Source: a virus
Lineage: Duplodnaviria; Caudoviricetes
IMG/VR virus record: IMGVR_UViG_3300037418_002116
Strand: one strand, 5' to 3'
DNA length: 64,000 nucleotides
Part shown: piece by piece, positions 42,105-51,030 of the stretch
Numbering within the stretch: position 1 is the stretch's first letter
Layout: every line of letters begins with the position of its first letter
Notes under the pieces: generated by a model
Database searches by the model: none
Told to the model about the DNA's origin: nothing
The model's input: only the letters and a program-made list of their open reading frames with translations
Translations under genes and position numbers: made by a program

Positions 42105-42133
42105 TTGACACGAGACAGGGAAACGACCATATT
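42105..42133 (+). promoter_or_regulatory. sigma70-type promoter, divergent from the late promoter
   Basis: TTGACA, 17-nt spacer, CATATT. Confidence 0.65.
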
Positions 42134-42156
42134 AGAATAAATGAGAGATTATATGA

Positions 42157-42846
42157 ATGAAGTTGTATCACGGGACGAATGAGACGGTTGCCAGAAAGGC
42201 AATGATCGAAGGGCTCAAGCCCCGTTCGATGACCAAAACTTCAAACTGGAATCATACGGTCATGTCCAACAAAGACATGATCTATCTCACCGACACATAT
42301 CCGCTCTATTTCGCTCTATGCGCAATTCAGGGGAAAGAGCGGGCGGCGGTGATCGAAATTGATACGGATTTGCTTCTTCCGTGGAATTTCATGCCGGATG
42401 AAGATTTTCTAGAGCAAGCGACTCGGCATGTTCCCGATGATCCTAAGACAGATTGGGACATGAAAAAGCGCAATCGCTGGTATCGTGCAAGAATGCAACA
42501 GTACGCCACATATTGGCAGGACTCGCTATCGAAGCTTGGAACGTGCGCATATCACGGTATAATCCCGGCACATGCAATCACTCGGGTAGCTTTTATCGAC
42601 TCAAAGAAACAATTGGCGCTGGCCATGCGGGGAATGGACCCTTCCATTTCTCTTATCAATTTCGGCTTTTGCGCAAAGGATTACCAATCTCTCATTCCAT
42701 GGGTGTTCGACGGCACGTATGCGCCGACTGAACGTGATGGAATGTTGATGCAACTTGGCGTACCTTCCACCAAGGATGTTTTAGAAAAGGAAGGGAGAGA
42801 GGGGATTTCAATCGAAACTCCCAATTTACAAAAGGAAAAAGTATGA
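42157..42846 (+). CDS. Putative ADP-ribosyltransferase-fold protein
   Basis: MKLYHGT...GLKP...IYLTD strand pattern typical of HYE-clade ART/Tpt1-like folds. Confidence 0.5.
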   Translation: MKLYHGTNETVARKAMIEGLKPRSMTKTSNWNHTVMSNKDMIYLTDTYPLYFALCAIQGKERAAVIEIDTDLLLPWNFMPDEDFLEQATRHVPDDPKTDWDMKKRNRWYRARMQQYATYWQDSLSKLGTCAYHGIIPAHAITRVAFIDSKKQLALAMRGMDPSISLINFGFCAKDYQSLIPWVFDGTYAPTERDGMLMQLGVPSTKDVLEKEGREGISIETPNLQKEKV

Positions 42847-43562
42847 GCATGAGAAATTTTGGATTGGCCATGGCAGCAATGGCGCTGCTATCGGCGGGAC
42901 ACGCATATGCGGCTGATGCCGTAGTCGAACAGCCGGTCGTGGCCACGACCTATGATTGGTCTGGCTTCTATGTGTTGGGCGAAGGTGGCTATGGTTGGGG
43001 CAACTCGGATCATGAACACCTGAACGTGAACACGTTCGGCGGGCCGGGCGGAACTTATTCCAATGATGGAAATGGTTTCGTCGGCGGTGTGGCTGTCGGC
43101 TACAACGTGGCGTTCACCAACGGTTTCGTCGTCGGCATCGAAGCCGCTCTTCGTTCCGGTCAAAAGCTGGACGACGGCGGGGAATTCGAGATTTACAATA
43201 ACTCGACCACGACCAAATCGAAGTATGTCGCTTCGGTCGCCGGGCGGGCTGGTTACGCATTCGGCAGCTTCCTCCCTTATGTCAAGGCGGGATGGGCTGG
43301 TGCGGACGTGGAGTCGACTCAGAATTATCATCCGGGCGGCACCCCCACAACGTGGAGCGACTCGAAGTTCATGAATGGCTATGTGGTCGGCGCTGGCCTC
43401 GATTATGCTGTCACCGACAACATCTTCGTTGGCGTCGAATACGCCTATATGAATTTTGGCAAGAAAACGTTCAACGGCCTCGACTCCAATGGAACCTTGA
43501 CCCAGATTTCCGGTAATTTGCGGGAACAAAGCGTCATGGCCCGCATTGGTATGAAGTTCTAG
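42843..43562 (+). CDS. Omp25/RopB-like outer-membrane beta-barrel protein
   Basis: Signal peptide (HAYA|AD), YDWSGFY, alternating beta strands, GAGLDYAVTDNIFVGVEY.Y, C-terminal Phe. Confidence 0.9.
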   Translation: MSMRNFGLAMAAMALLSAGHAYAADAVVEQPVVATTYDWSGFYVLGEGGYGWGNSDHEHLNVNTFGGPGGTYSNDGNGFVGGVAVGYNVAFTNGFVVGIEAALRSGQKLDDGGEFEIYNNSTTTKSKYVASVAGRAGYAFGSFLPYVKAGWAGADVESTQNYHPGGTPTTWSDSKFMNGYVVGAGLDYAVTDNIFVGVEYAYMNFGKKTFNGLDSNGTLTQISGNLREQSVMARIGMKF

Positions 43563-43589
43563 GGTTCAGGCAACGCCTTGGAACGAATG

Positions 43590-43641
43590 ACCGTCCGGTG
43601 ATATAATGGGCCTCCCTCCCCCCCTATAATCACCGGACGGT
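43590..43641 (+). ncRNA. Hairpin with C-rich anti-Shine-Dalgarno-like loop (cuckoo-like)
   Basis: Stem ACCGTCCGGTGAT/ATCACCGGACGGT; loop CCTCCCTCCCC. Confidence 0.55.
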
Positions 43642-43644
43642 TAT

Positions 43645-43675
43645 AAAAGAAAAGGGGCTCTAGAGCCCCTTTTTT
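43645..43675. terminator. Bidirectional intrinsic terminator
   Basis: A-tract, GGGGCTC-TA-GAGCCCC, T-tract between convergent genes. Confidence 0.85.
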
Positions 43676-43842
43676 CGTATCGTCATAACCTTTTCAACCA
43701 AGTCTTTGACAGACGGATGGATGACCACCGTGTCGGGTTTGGTTTGAACCAAATCCTGTTTGTCTTCCTTGGAAAAGTCTTTGAACGATTGTTCCTTGTC
43801 TGACTTTTCCTTTGCTGGCTGGTATGGCTTGTTTCCGAACAT
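43660..43842 (-). CDS. Small late hypothetical protein
   Basis: 60 aa; AGGGA RBS; CTAAATA upstream at about 43867. Confidence 0.65.
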   Translation of the reverse strand: MFGNKPYQPAKEKSDKEQSFKDFSKEDKQDLVQTKPDTVVIHPSVKDLVEKVMTIRKKGL

Positions 43843-43869
43843 TCCGAATTCCCTTACTGTTTCATATAT

Positions 43870-45075
43870 TTAGTGAAACAGCTTGTTCATCGATTCTTCG
43901 TCCGGTGCCGGAAGCTTCTGGCCATTGGAAAGCGTCACGTTCGTAAAGCGAGTCGGGTATTGGAAGAACGGCGTTCCAAGGTGAGAAACCTTGTAGATCG
44001 TCTGACTGTACACCGTGAAGCGAGCGCCATCCTTGAAGGTCACCAGCAATTCGTTTTCCAGATGACCACCATTCAGACGATTATAGACGATCTTGATATC
44101 ATCCATATTCTGCTTTTTGTCCACAATCGCACCAAGCTTAGCGGTGTTCTTGGTGACGAAGCCTTCAAGAATTAGATTAACCGTGCGAACGGCATCGGCA
44201 TGACAAATTTCCTTCCAATTCGCCTTCATCTTGGCGTGTGGAACTGGCGAGTTGAAATCAACGCAATCCTGAACAAGTTGTCCCGAACCATTGGGAGCCG
44301 CCATCCACCATGCCTGCCCATGAGACTTAGTTCGACTCTTGGCAGAGGCGGTAGCAGAAGCGATGATCGCAGATTCATCTTCATGCATCCTGCGGAAGCG
44401 CTTGCGGCTTTCCACTTCCTTATCGATCATGTTCTTTTCCATGATCGCAGTGAGCTTGTCAACGTTGTCAAATGCCCACGTCACTTGCTTGATGTTGCGT
44501 TCTTCGAAAAGCTTCTCATATGTCGGGCGAACTTGCTCCACCAGCTTGCGGAGAATGTCAGCCATGCGCTTGGCAGCGCCATGGGAAACCATGGCCTGAA
44601 ACTGTGCCTTGGCAGCTTCCTTCTTTTCATCCGGCTTGCGGCCCGATTTGATATAGCCCTTAAGCTCTTTCTGCATGTCAGGGAATCCCTGCATACCGGC
44701 CAGAATGGCATATCCCTCGGGGAACACATTCTTGTATGGCGCAATTTCCTTGAAGGTCTTTTTGATGCCTACCGGACTTTTGTTGGCATAATAGATATCG
44801 TTGTATTTCTGACGCTCTTCGCTTCCGTGCGGAAAAGCGAGATAGACATCATTGATCGTCTTCTTCAACGCTTCTTCCAGCCCACGGGATAAACCGTAGG
44901 AGTAATGATCCTTGTATTCAGCGTTGTAAATTTCCTTGTTTTCAATGCCCTTCTGAAAAGCATCGATAGCGGCAAGGTAACGATCCCTGCTACGGCCTTC
45001 AAGATATTCGGCTGGTTTGCGGAACGCATTCCAGTCATATCCGGCTTGTTCGACTAGGAAAGATTTGAAACTCAT
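43870..45075 (-). CDS. Putative internal head protein (capsid-targeting N-terminus), unknown function
   Basis: MSFKSFLVE; 401 aa. Confidence 0.75.
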   Translation of the reverse strand: MSFKSFLVEQAGYDWNAFRKPAEYLEGRSRDRYLAAIDAFQKGIENKEIYNAEYKDHYSYGLSRGLEEALKKTINDVYLAFPHGSEERQKYNDIYYANKSPVGIKKTFKEIAPYKNVFPEGYAILAGMQGFPDMQKELKGYIKSGRKPDEKKEAAKAQFQAMVSHGAAKRMADILRKLVEQVRPTYEKLFEERNIKQVTWAFDNVDKLTAIMEKNMIDKEVESRKRFRRMHEDESAIIASATASAKSRTKSHGQAWWMAAPNGSGQLVQDCVDFNSPVPHAKMKANWKEICHADAVRTVNLILEGFVTKNTAKLGAIVDKKQNMDDIKIVYNRLNGGHLENELLVTFKDGARFTVYSQTIYKVSHLGTPFFQYPTRFTNVTLSNGQKLPAPDEESMNKLFH

Positions 45076-45077
45076 TT

Positions 45078-45566
45078 TTACCCCTTTTGATTCTTGACCA
45101 CAATGGTATCGACCGTCACCTTGAAATCAGGAAGGCTCACTTTGCTAAGCACGGGCTTTCCCTTGTAGCTGTAGCTCACTGAAAGATGCGGTTTCCATTC
45201 CGGCCATGAGTCCTTAAGGCCCGTTGTCTCGTATATCTTCCTTATATTAACAAGTTCGTTGGTTTTGTCAATGAGAATTGTCGGCACATTCTTTTCTTGG
45301 CCCAAAAGTTCGAACCGCTGGAATTTCAGTTCGATAGGGTCAATAGGGAACGTGCCGTTAGCTACGTATTTTTTGTTATCTGAATAGAATACTGTGATGT
45401 GAAAATCGAATTCGTCAGGATCAATTTCTTCCCCTGCAAATGATGTGGTAATATTAAATCCGGAAGCAATACACCATTCTCTCATTTTCTTTTGAGAGTC
45501 TTCCGAAAGTATCAAGGAAACGTATTTTTTATTATAGTTGTCTAGGAAATGTTTAAAAGATAACAA
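45078..45566 (-). CDS. 2H phosphoesterase, T4 gp57B/Acb1-like
   Basis: YVSLILSE, FHITVFYS and KPHLSVSY (two HxT/S motifs) parallel T4 Acb1 YVAAKFSE, IHSTICYS, TPHITLSY. Confidence 0.75.
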   Translation of the reverse strand: MLSFKHFLDNYNKKYVSLILSEDSQKKMREWCIASGFNITTSFAGEEIDPDEFDFHITVFYSDNKKYVANGTFPIDPIELKFQRFELLGQEKNVPTILIDKTNELVNIRKIYETTGLKDSWPEWKPHLSVSYSYKGKPVLSKVSLPDFKVTVDTIVVKNQKG

Positions 45567-45570
45567 AAAA

Positions 45571-45936
45571 TTATGTTGCTTTCTCGGAGTCTACCATCTT
45601 GACGTGAGGGAAACCGCCGTGTTGTTTGCCAAGCTTGATCGCTTCTCCCTTATCGTCATGTGATCCGAGAACCTTACCGGTTCCACAATGCACAATGCGA
45701 TAGCGGTTCAACATAGTTTCGTCACGTTCCATAACAAGTTCCTCTTTGAAGAGTTTACCTAGAGCTTGCTCTTTCTTTCGCTCTTGGTGGGTGTCAAGAT
45801 TGGTTTGAAGGAAATCCATGTGATTTTTCAAACCTTTAATCTGTCGCTTCAATGATTCAATTTTTGGATCATTCGAACCGACTGCCTTGTTTTCTGACAA
45901 GACTTTCTGCACAACTTTCGTGAAATCGAATGCCAT
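45571..45936 (-). CDS. Late hypothetical (probable head) protein
   Basis: ATG 45936, AGGA RBS, CTAAATA at 45958-45964; LSE and EELVME motifs. Confidence 0.7.
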   Translation of the reverse strand: MAFDFTKVVQKVLSENKAVGSNDPKIESLKRQIKGLKNHMDFLQTNLDTHQERKKEQALGKLFKEELVMERDETMLNRYRIVHCGTGKVLGSHDDKGEAIKLGKQHGGFPHVKMVDSEKAT

Positions 45937-45955
45937 TTTAGAGTCCTTTTTGACT

Positions 45956-46495
45956 CTATTTAGCAAATTTCAGATTGTTGAATAGATATTCGTGAGTATC
46001 GTCTGATATCGTAATGGGTAGACCAGCCCTGAACATTTCTTCATTGTCTTCTTTGGCCCATTTTCGCATCATGGTTGAGGACAGAGTTTCAATGAATTCA
46101 CCATCCTGCTTTCGAGCGCCACCGGATATCACGGAAAGTTTGAGCGGCAAGGGTGATTCAGCCGCATAGATCGGGAGCATCCTTTGGAAATCCGCCAATC
46201 GATCTTCACCGATGACCATCACCGCAGACTCATACTCGGAATCGATGATGAAACTGATTACATCACAGAAGCGTCGAAAGATGAATGTCATCTCCCCGAA
46301 TGCCTCTCTAAGCACCTTTAATTTTTCGTCGGTCGGCAGCGGATACCCCTTCGATTCCGAAGAGAACACATATCCGTCACAGTCATTCTCGATAGCCAAC
46401 TGATGAACCAAATCGACAATTTTCTGATGACCCCTGTGTGGAGGTTGAAATTTTCCCCACGTGAAAAAGAGCTTAGACAAAATCGGGAACCTCAA
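45956..46495 (-). CDS. HIGH-superfamily nucleotidyltransferase (cytidylyltransferase-like)
   Basis: FTWGKFQPPHRGH, MVIGEDR, SGGAR...LSSTMMR. Confidence 0.85.
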   Translation of the reverse strand: MRFPILSKLFFTWGKFQPPHRGHQKIVDLVHQLAIENDCDGYVFSSESKGYPLPTDEKLKVLREAFGEMTFIFRRFCDVISFIIDSEYESAVMVIGEDRLADFQRMLPIYAAESPLPLKLSVISGGARKQDGEFIETLSSTMMRKWAKEDNEEMFRAGLPITISDDTHEYLFNNLKFAK

Positions 46496-47252
46496 TCCAA
46501 TATTTGATTTCCATCGGGATATCGAGCTTGGCCGAAGTCAATGTTTCCGTTGTCTCTTTGAGGATTGCCAAATACGTTTTTCGATCATCCTTTTCCCTAT
46601 AGAAGTGACGGAAAATTTCCTCATGAAGCGTCTCGAATGAATCGAGCTTGGCCATTGTCACATTCGGAAGAAACTGTTTGACGATTTCAAGGAAATTAAA
46701 AGACAAGGGAAGACGGTCGATTGTCGTGTACCGTTGTGCGGTCTTGGTCTTTTTTTGGACCAGATACACAAGCCCTTCGAACAAATCCAAATGCTTGCGT
46801 GTCCGGATATATCGGTCATTGCCAAGATTAAATTCCTTGGCCGTCAAAGTTTTGATCATCGACATGATCAAAATATTGCGATGGGCACTCTTATATTTCG
46901 AAGTCTTCGAAGAATGATAAACATCGACTGAATAAGTAATGTCCTTCGATTGCATGAAATCGACTTGGTGCCAATTGTCTGTGTATGGTGAGTATACACA
47001 GACTGAATAGCACTGGCTTGTGATCTTTTTAGTCACAAACATATCTGTCAAAAAGCGAACAAAAGCCGCCCATTGCATATTGTCTGCTTCGAAAACAAAA
47101 TCAAGATCGTTGTATTCTTCTTTTACAAGATTAGAAGAACCGACGACACGCATCTTGATCAAATCTGGAATATGTTTAGAAAGTTCTGTATAAAAATCCT
47201 GAATATGTTCGGATTTCAGAGGAACAGTTTCCTCAAAGACGTTGCCGCCCAT
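46473..47252 (-). CDS. Pol-beta-superfamily nucleotidyltransferase
   Basis: VVGSS...YNDLDFV (GS..DxD) and HQVDFM. Confidence 0.7.
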   Translation of the reverse strand: MGGNVFEETVPLKSEHIQDFYTELSKHIPDLIKMRVVGSSNLVKEEYNDLDFVFEADNMQWAAFVRFLTDMFVTKKITSQCYSVCVYSPYTDNWHQVDFMQSKDITYSVDVYHSSKTSKYKSAHRNILIMSMIKTLTAKEFNLGNDRYIRTRKHLDLFEGLVYLVQKKTKTAQRYTTIDRLPLSFNFLEIVKQFLPNVTMAKLDSFETLHEEIFRHFYREKDDRKTYLAILKETTETLTSAKLDIPMEIKYWIEVPDFV

Positions 47253-48157
47253 TAGCGTTCTCTATTGAAGTTTCTTGCGGAAAATTTAATTCTGTTGACC
47301 AACTTAACCAATCTATCACCCGTGTCAACAACGATTCCTTCATCCGTTTCATTTTTTTCTGGTACAATATCGGAAGAGTAGGTTATAGAATCCAACAAAT
47401 CATCCTTAAAACGAGCTATCTGTTTGTAAAAGCTGATTACTCTTTCCCACTCATTCATATAAGTGGAAATATGGCGCTGAATTTTCTCATTTGGCGCAGC
47501 GTCATAGAAATCTGCCACGTTCAGATTGAAATGACCGGCCCGCACACAGGAATTCGCATATTTCTTGAATGCATCCTTTTGGGCGCTGGTGAGCCCGTCC
47601 GTGTTGTCCACTTCCGGAGGGACGGCAGACCGATAACTGACGTTCGGATTGGTATCGAACATGACCATGTGGAAGGTATTTTCCAACCAACTGTCTCGAT
47701 AATTATGTGGTTTGCCGTCCAGCGTATGCATGGCCACGCCGAGTGTCACATCCTCACGACCACCTTTGTAGGCATAGCGAACCGTATTCGGTTGGAATGT
47801 CATGTTGGTTCGGTCAATATCGGCACAGAACATAAGATCGCCACCAAGAATTTGACCTTTCATGAGTGGTTCGCAATCATGAAATACCAAAAGCAGGAGC
47901 GCCATCTTGGTTGCCAAGGATCGATCCGTGATCTTGTCATAGACTTCCTGTGGCGAGTGGTAAAGCTCTTGATTTTTCTTTAGGAACCCATTTTTGAATG
48001 CAATCCATGACCCTTGGCTATCTCTTCCGAGAACAAAGGATGGGTTTCCATCATATTTCAGAGAAATCGGGTATGTCTTGCGAACGATACCATTTAGAAT
48101 CGCATTCACATTAACGCCATTCTCAAAAATCAAATCTTCAAGGTGACAGATTCTCAT
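47252..48157 (-). CDS. Ligase-like nucleotidyltransferase (DUF6267-like)
   Basis: HLEDL, SLKYDGNPS, GGDLMF, FQPNTVRY, DEGIVV, VKLVNR. Confidence 0.7.
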   Translation of the reverse strand: MRICHLEDLIFENGVNVNAILNGIVRKTYPISLKYDGNPSFVLGRDSQGSWIAFKNGFLKKNQELYHSPQEVYDKITDRSLATKMALLLLVFHDCEPLMKGQILGGDLMFCADIDRTNMTFQPNTVRYAYKGGREDVTLGVAMHTLDGKPHNYRDSWLENTFHMVMFDTNPNVSYRSAVPPEVDNTDGLTSAQKDAFKKYANSCVRAGHFNLNVADFYDAAPNEKIQRHISTYMNEWERVISFYKQIARFKDDLLDSITYSSDIVPEKNETDEGIVVDTGDRLVKLVNRIKFSARNFNRER

Positions 48158-48330
48158 ACCCTACCACACGTGCAGAACAAACCGGGAGTTGAACAACCGT
48201 GTTCGTAACCATTATTGTATGCGGCTTCCCATGCTTTTTCAGCCACTTCCTTGAAGGCGAGACGAAGTGCGCCGCCGACATTAGAGAAAGCAGCTTCATA
48301 ATGTTCTTGCCACCATTCTTCAAATGTCAT
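48154..48330 (-). CDS. Small hypothetical protein
   Basis: MTFEEWW...; ATG 48330, ATGA overlap downstream. Confidence 0.6.
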   Translation of the reverse strand: MTFEEWWQEHYEAAFSNVGGALRLAFKEVAEKAWEAAYNNGYEHGCSTPGLFCTCGRV

Positions 48331-48952
48331 CTTCACCATCCATATAATGAGAAATTTTGGGCAAATCCGTATTGTATGATGAATCGTTTGCAGATTTCTG
48401 AAAAAATTCATGTAGATAGGGATCGGAAGCCAACACCTTTTCCATTTTGTTCGTGACAATCTCATGGATTGCAGGAAGGCTTAGCGTAGCTTCCGTTTCC
48501 CACGGGAGCATGGCGTACAATTCATACTGCTTGTCTTTGTGCAATCTAACCAATGAAGACAAAGGCATGTAGAAGTGATCTTCCCAATAAACGGCATTCG
48601 CCGCTCTGTCGATTCGGAAACCATCTTCCAAGTATTGCTTGACGTGCACAAGTTCATGGGAAAGGGTAGAAACCATTGTCTTCAAATCGCTGGAATATAT
48701 CACGATATTGAAGCGACCTTTCATATATTGGTCAGTGAACCCATTGGTTTCCTTGTACAAGGCATCCGTTTTGCTTTTCAAAAAGATGTGGACAATTACA
48801 TTTTCGTGTTTGTCCTGCAAAATGGTTTCAAGAAACAATCGAGTGTAACAAATCAATCCGTCTTGCTGTAGTGGAGTACAAGATTCGGGATCACATAAAT
48901 CTGTAACTGTTATCAAGCAGTCAATTCCAGTAGAACGAAAGCTGGTGTCCAT
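48320..48952 (-). CDS. HExxH metallopeptidase-like protein
   Basis: TLSHELVHVKQY plus distal LPWETEA. Confidence 0.7.
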   Translation of the reverse strand: MDTSFRSTGIDCLITVTDLCDPESCTPLQQDGLICYTRLFLETILQDKHENVIVHIFLKSKTDALYKETNGFTDQYMKGRFNIVIYSSDLKTMVSTLSHELVHVKQYLEDGFRIDRAANAVYWEDHFYMPLSSLVRLHKDKQYELYAMLPWETEATLSLPAIHEIVTNKMEKVLASDPYLHEFFQKSANDSSYNTDLPKISHYMDGEDDI

Positions 48953-49090
48953 CCCTCAAATCCAATCCCGTCTTTCAAACGACGGTAAAAACTATTTGCT
49001 TCGTCATGAGTTTTGAAAGACTTCATCAAATTACCGGAAGCAATTTCGATAACATCAAAGGTATTTTTCTGTTTTTGAAGCTTGTACATT

Positions 49091-49363
49091 TCAATCCTTT
49101 GTCATGTAAGTTGGTATCATTTCATGCTTGGTGCAGTTTTTGCCGCAAGAATGTTCCCAAGATGTCGTCACTGTTCTGTCTGAACATCGGACAAAATAAA
49201 CACGTTCGCCGCCATCTTTGAAACGATAGACAGAGCAACCATCGATAACAGCGATCATGCCGCCTTCGATTTCGACGTTGCCCGTGTCCTTCCTTTCGAT
49301 GAAATCCGCACCGCAGCCGGTTAACAGAAGAATTGAAAATGCAATGAGTAGTTTCTTGATCAT
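49091..49363 (-). CDS. Small lipoprotein
   Basis: MIKKLLIAFSILLLTGC lipobox; GCSVYRFKDG. Confidence 0.75.
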   Translation of the reverse strand: MIKKLLIAFSILLLTGCGADFIERKDTGNVEIEGGMIAVIDGCSVYRFKDGGERVYFVRCSDRTVTTSWEHSCGKNCTKHEMIPTYMTKD

Positions 49364-49536
49364 ATGGTTTCTTCCCAACTTACGATGGCAGAGTATTTTC
49401 GATCTTCCGGTATCATAGTCATGTGGGCTTTCTTCACTCTTAGAAGTTCATACTTGACATTGTTCATAGAGAGGGTTCGAAGAAGTTCAGTCAAATTAGG
49501 GTCGTTCGGTTTGAAAATTCGTGTGCAGTACATATC

Positions 49537-50937
49537 TTACTTAAAGTTTAGGTTACTGAATTTTTGTAATGTTTGGCCGGGCTTTTGTGGAGCCGCTGTA
49601 TTGGCCACTTTGGAGGTTGGCGGCGATATCGCCTCTTGGATTCCCTGTAGGGGATCATCCAAATCATAATATCGCATCTTTGGAATATCGACGCCAACGA
49701 AGAACATTGGAATATTGTTCTTATGATCATAGCGAGATTTCAATTGCTTGATTAGCAAAAGATTCTGCTTGGCTAAATCTTCTGTCGAGATAAGCGCAGC
49801 CACAAAGTCAGCCGTAAAATTGATGCCAAAAGCTTCGGATGTATCATCGATATCCGGATTCGAATTTGCGTGACCGCCACGGTTAAACTGTGATGCCGAC
49901 ACAATCGGCACGTTCATTTCAACACCAAGGCCCCGCAATTCTTCGGAAATGGCCTTGTAATAGGTGTTGGTGTTCGATATCTGTCCTGCTTTGAAACGAG
50001 TAGATATCAAAATGTTCAGATAGTCAACATAAATTATGTCCGGAACGAAATGTTTTTTCAGGAGAAGTTCATTCAACAAACTTCTAATATGCGTTACGGA
50101 AGCCGACGACGTTGGATATTCCTTGATAACAAGGCGTCCGTGTGTTTTCTTTTTGGCACGGGCGATTCTATCGTCAAAGTAGCTCTTTGAAATCGTTTGA
50201 AGATTCTTGATTTCAATATCGAGGACGTTAGCGTCGATACGCTTGGCGATTTCCTCTTCCTTCATTTCGGCAGTAATATAAAGAACATTCTTGCCGTCTA
50301 TGAGATTGTTCGCAGCCATGTTGCACATGGCCAGCGACTTACCGACGTTCGTTCCCGCCAAAAGCAGATTGAGCGTCTTTTTCGAGAAACCGCCGTTGGT
50401 CACCTTGTCGAGGTAGGCGATGCCGGTAGAGATTTTTTCCTCTTTTCGGTTATAATATTCGTATCGGTCGTCGGCATTCTCGAAATAGTCGTGACCAATG
50501 GTCGTGTCGAAGCCAACCGCCAAGGCTGATGACAGGATATCGGGAATCGCACCCTTGGCCTTATCCTTACTCTTCCCTTCATAGATCGAAATTGCCTCAT
50601 GCAGAGCAATTTCTAGAGCCCGGTCCTTACAAAATTTTTCGGTTGTGGTTAGAAGCCATTCGATTTCCGGAGCCTTGATTTCCTCTTTGACCGTGTTCAT
50701 CACCGTGTCGATATCGGAAAATGTGTCCTCCACAATCGTATTGTCATTCGACATTTCGATCATGAGAGCTTCGACGGTCGGCGGATTGTTGTAATTTTCG
50801 ACGTAGTTTTTGATATGGTGAAAGATCGTTTGTTCACCTTTTGAGACGAAGTATTCCGTTTTCAGGAATGGGGTTACTCGTCTCATGTAATCATCATTAT
50901 CAATCAGACTTTTGATGATGATTTCTGATACTTGCAA
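49537..50937 (-). CDS. 41: Replicative DNA helicase (T4 gp41-like)
   Basis: LAGTNVGKS, IKEYPT, VDYLNI, SASQFNR, DTSEAFG, QLKSRY; TTG start. Confidence 0.95.
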   Translation of the reverse strand: MQVSEIIIKSLIDNDDYMRRVTPFLKTEYFVSKGEQTIFHHIKNYVENYNNPPTVEALMIEMSNDNTIVEDTFSDIDTVMNTVKEEIKAPEIEWLLTTTEKFCKDRALEIALHEAISIYEGKSKDKAKGAIPDILSSALAVGFDTTIGHDYFENADDRYEYYNRKEEKISTGIAYLDKVTNGGFSKKTLNLLLAGTNVGKSLAMCNMAANNLIDGKNVLYITAEMKEEEIAKRIDANVLDIEIKNLQTISKSYFDDRIARAKKKTHGRLVIKEYPTSSASVTHIRSLLNELLLKKHFVPDIIYVDYLNILISTRFKAGQISNTNTYYKAISEELRGLGVEMNVPIVSASQFNRGGHANSNPDIDDTSEAFGINFTADFVAALISTEDLAKQNLLLIKQLKSRYDHKNNIPMFFVGVDIPKMRYYDLDDPLQGIQEAISPPTSKVANTAAPQKPGQTLQKFSNLNFK

Positions 50938-50976
50938 ATTGTTACCTTCTTTTTATTATTTTTAGACAAATAGAAT

Positions 50977-50998
50977 CCCTACCGGTTGCCCGGTAGGG
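50977..50998 (-). terminator. Hairpin terminator between uvsX and gene 41
   Basis: CCCTACCGG/CCGGTAGGG stem followed by ATTCTATTT. Confidence 0.6.
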
Positions 50999-51030
50999 TT
51001 AAAACATTTAAATGTTTGGGAAAACGCAGC

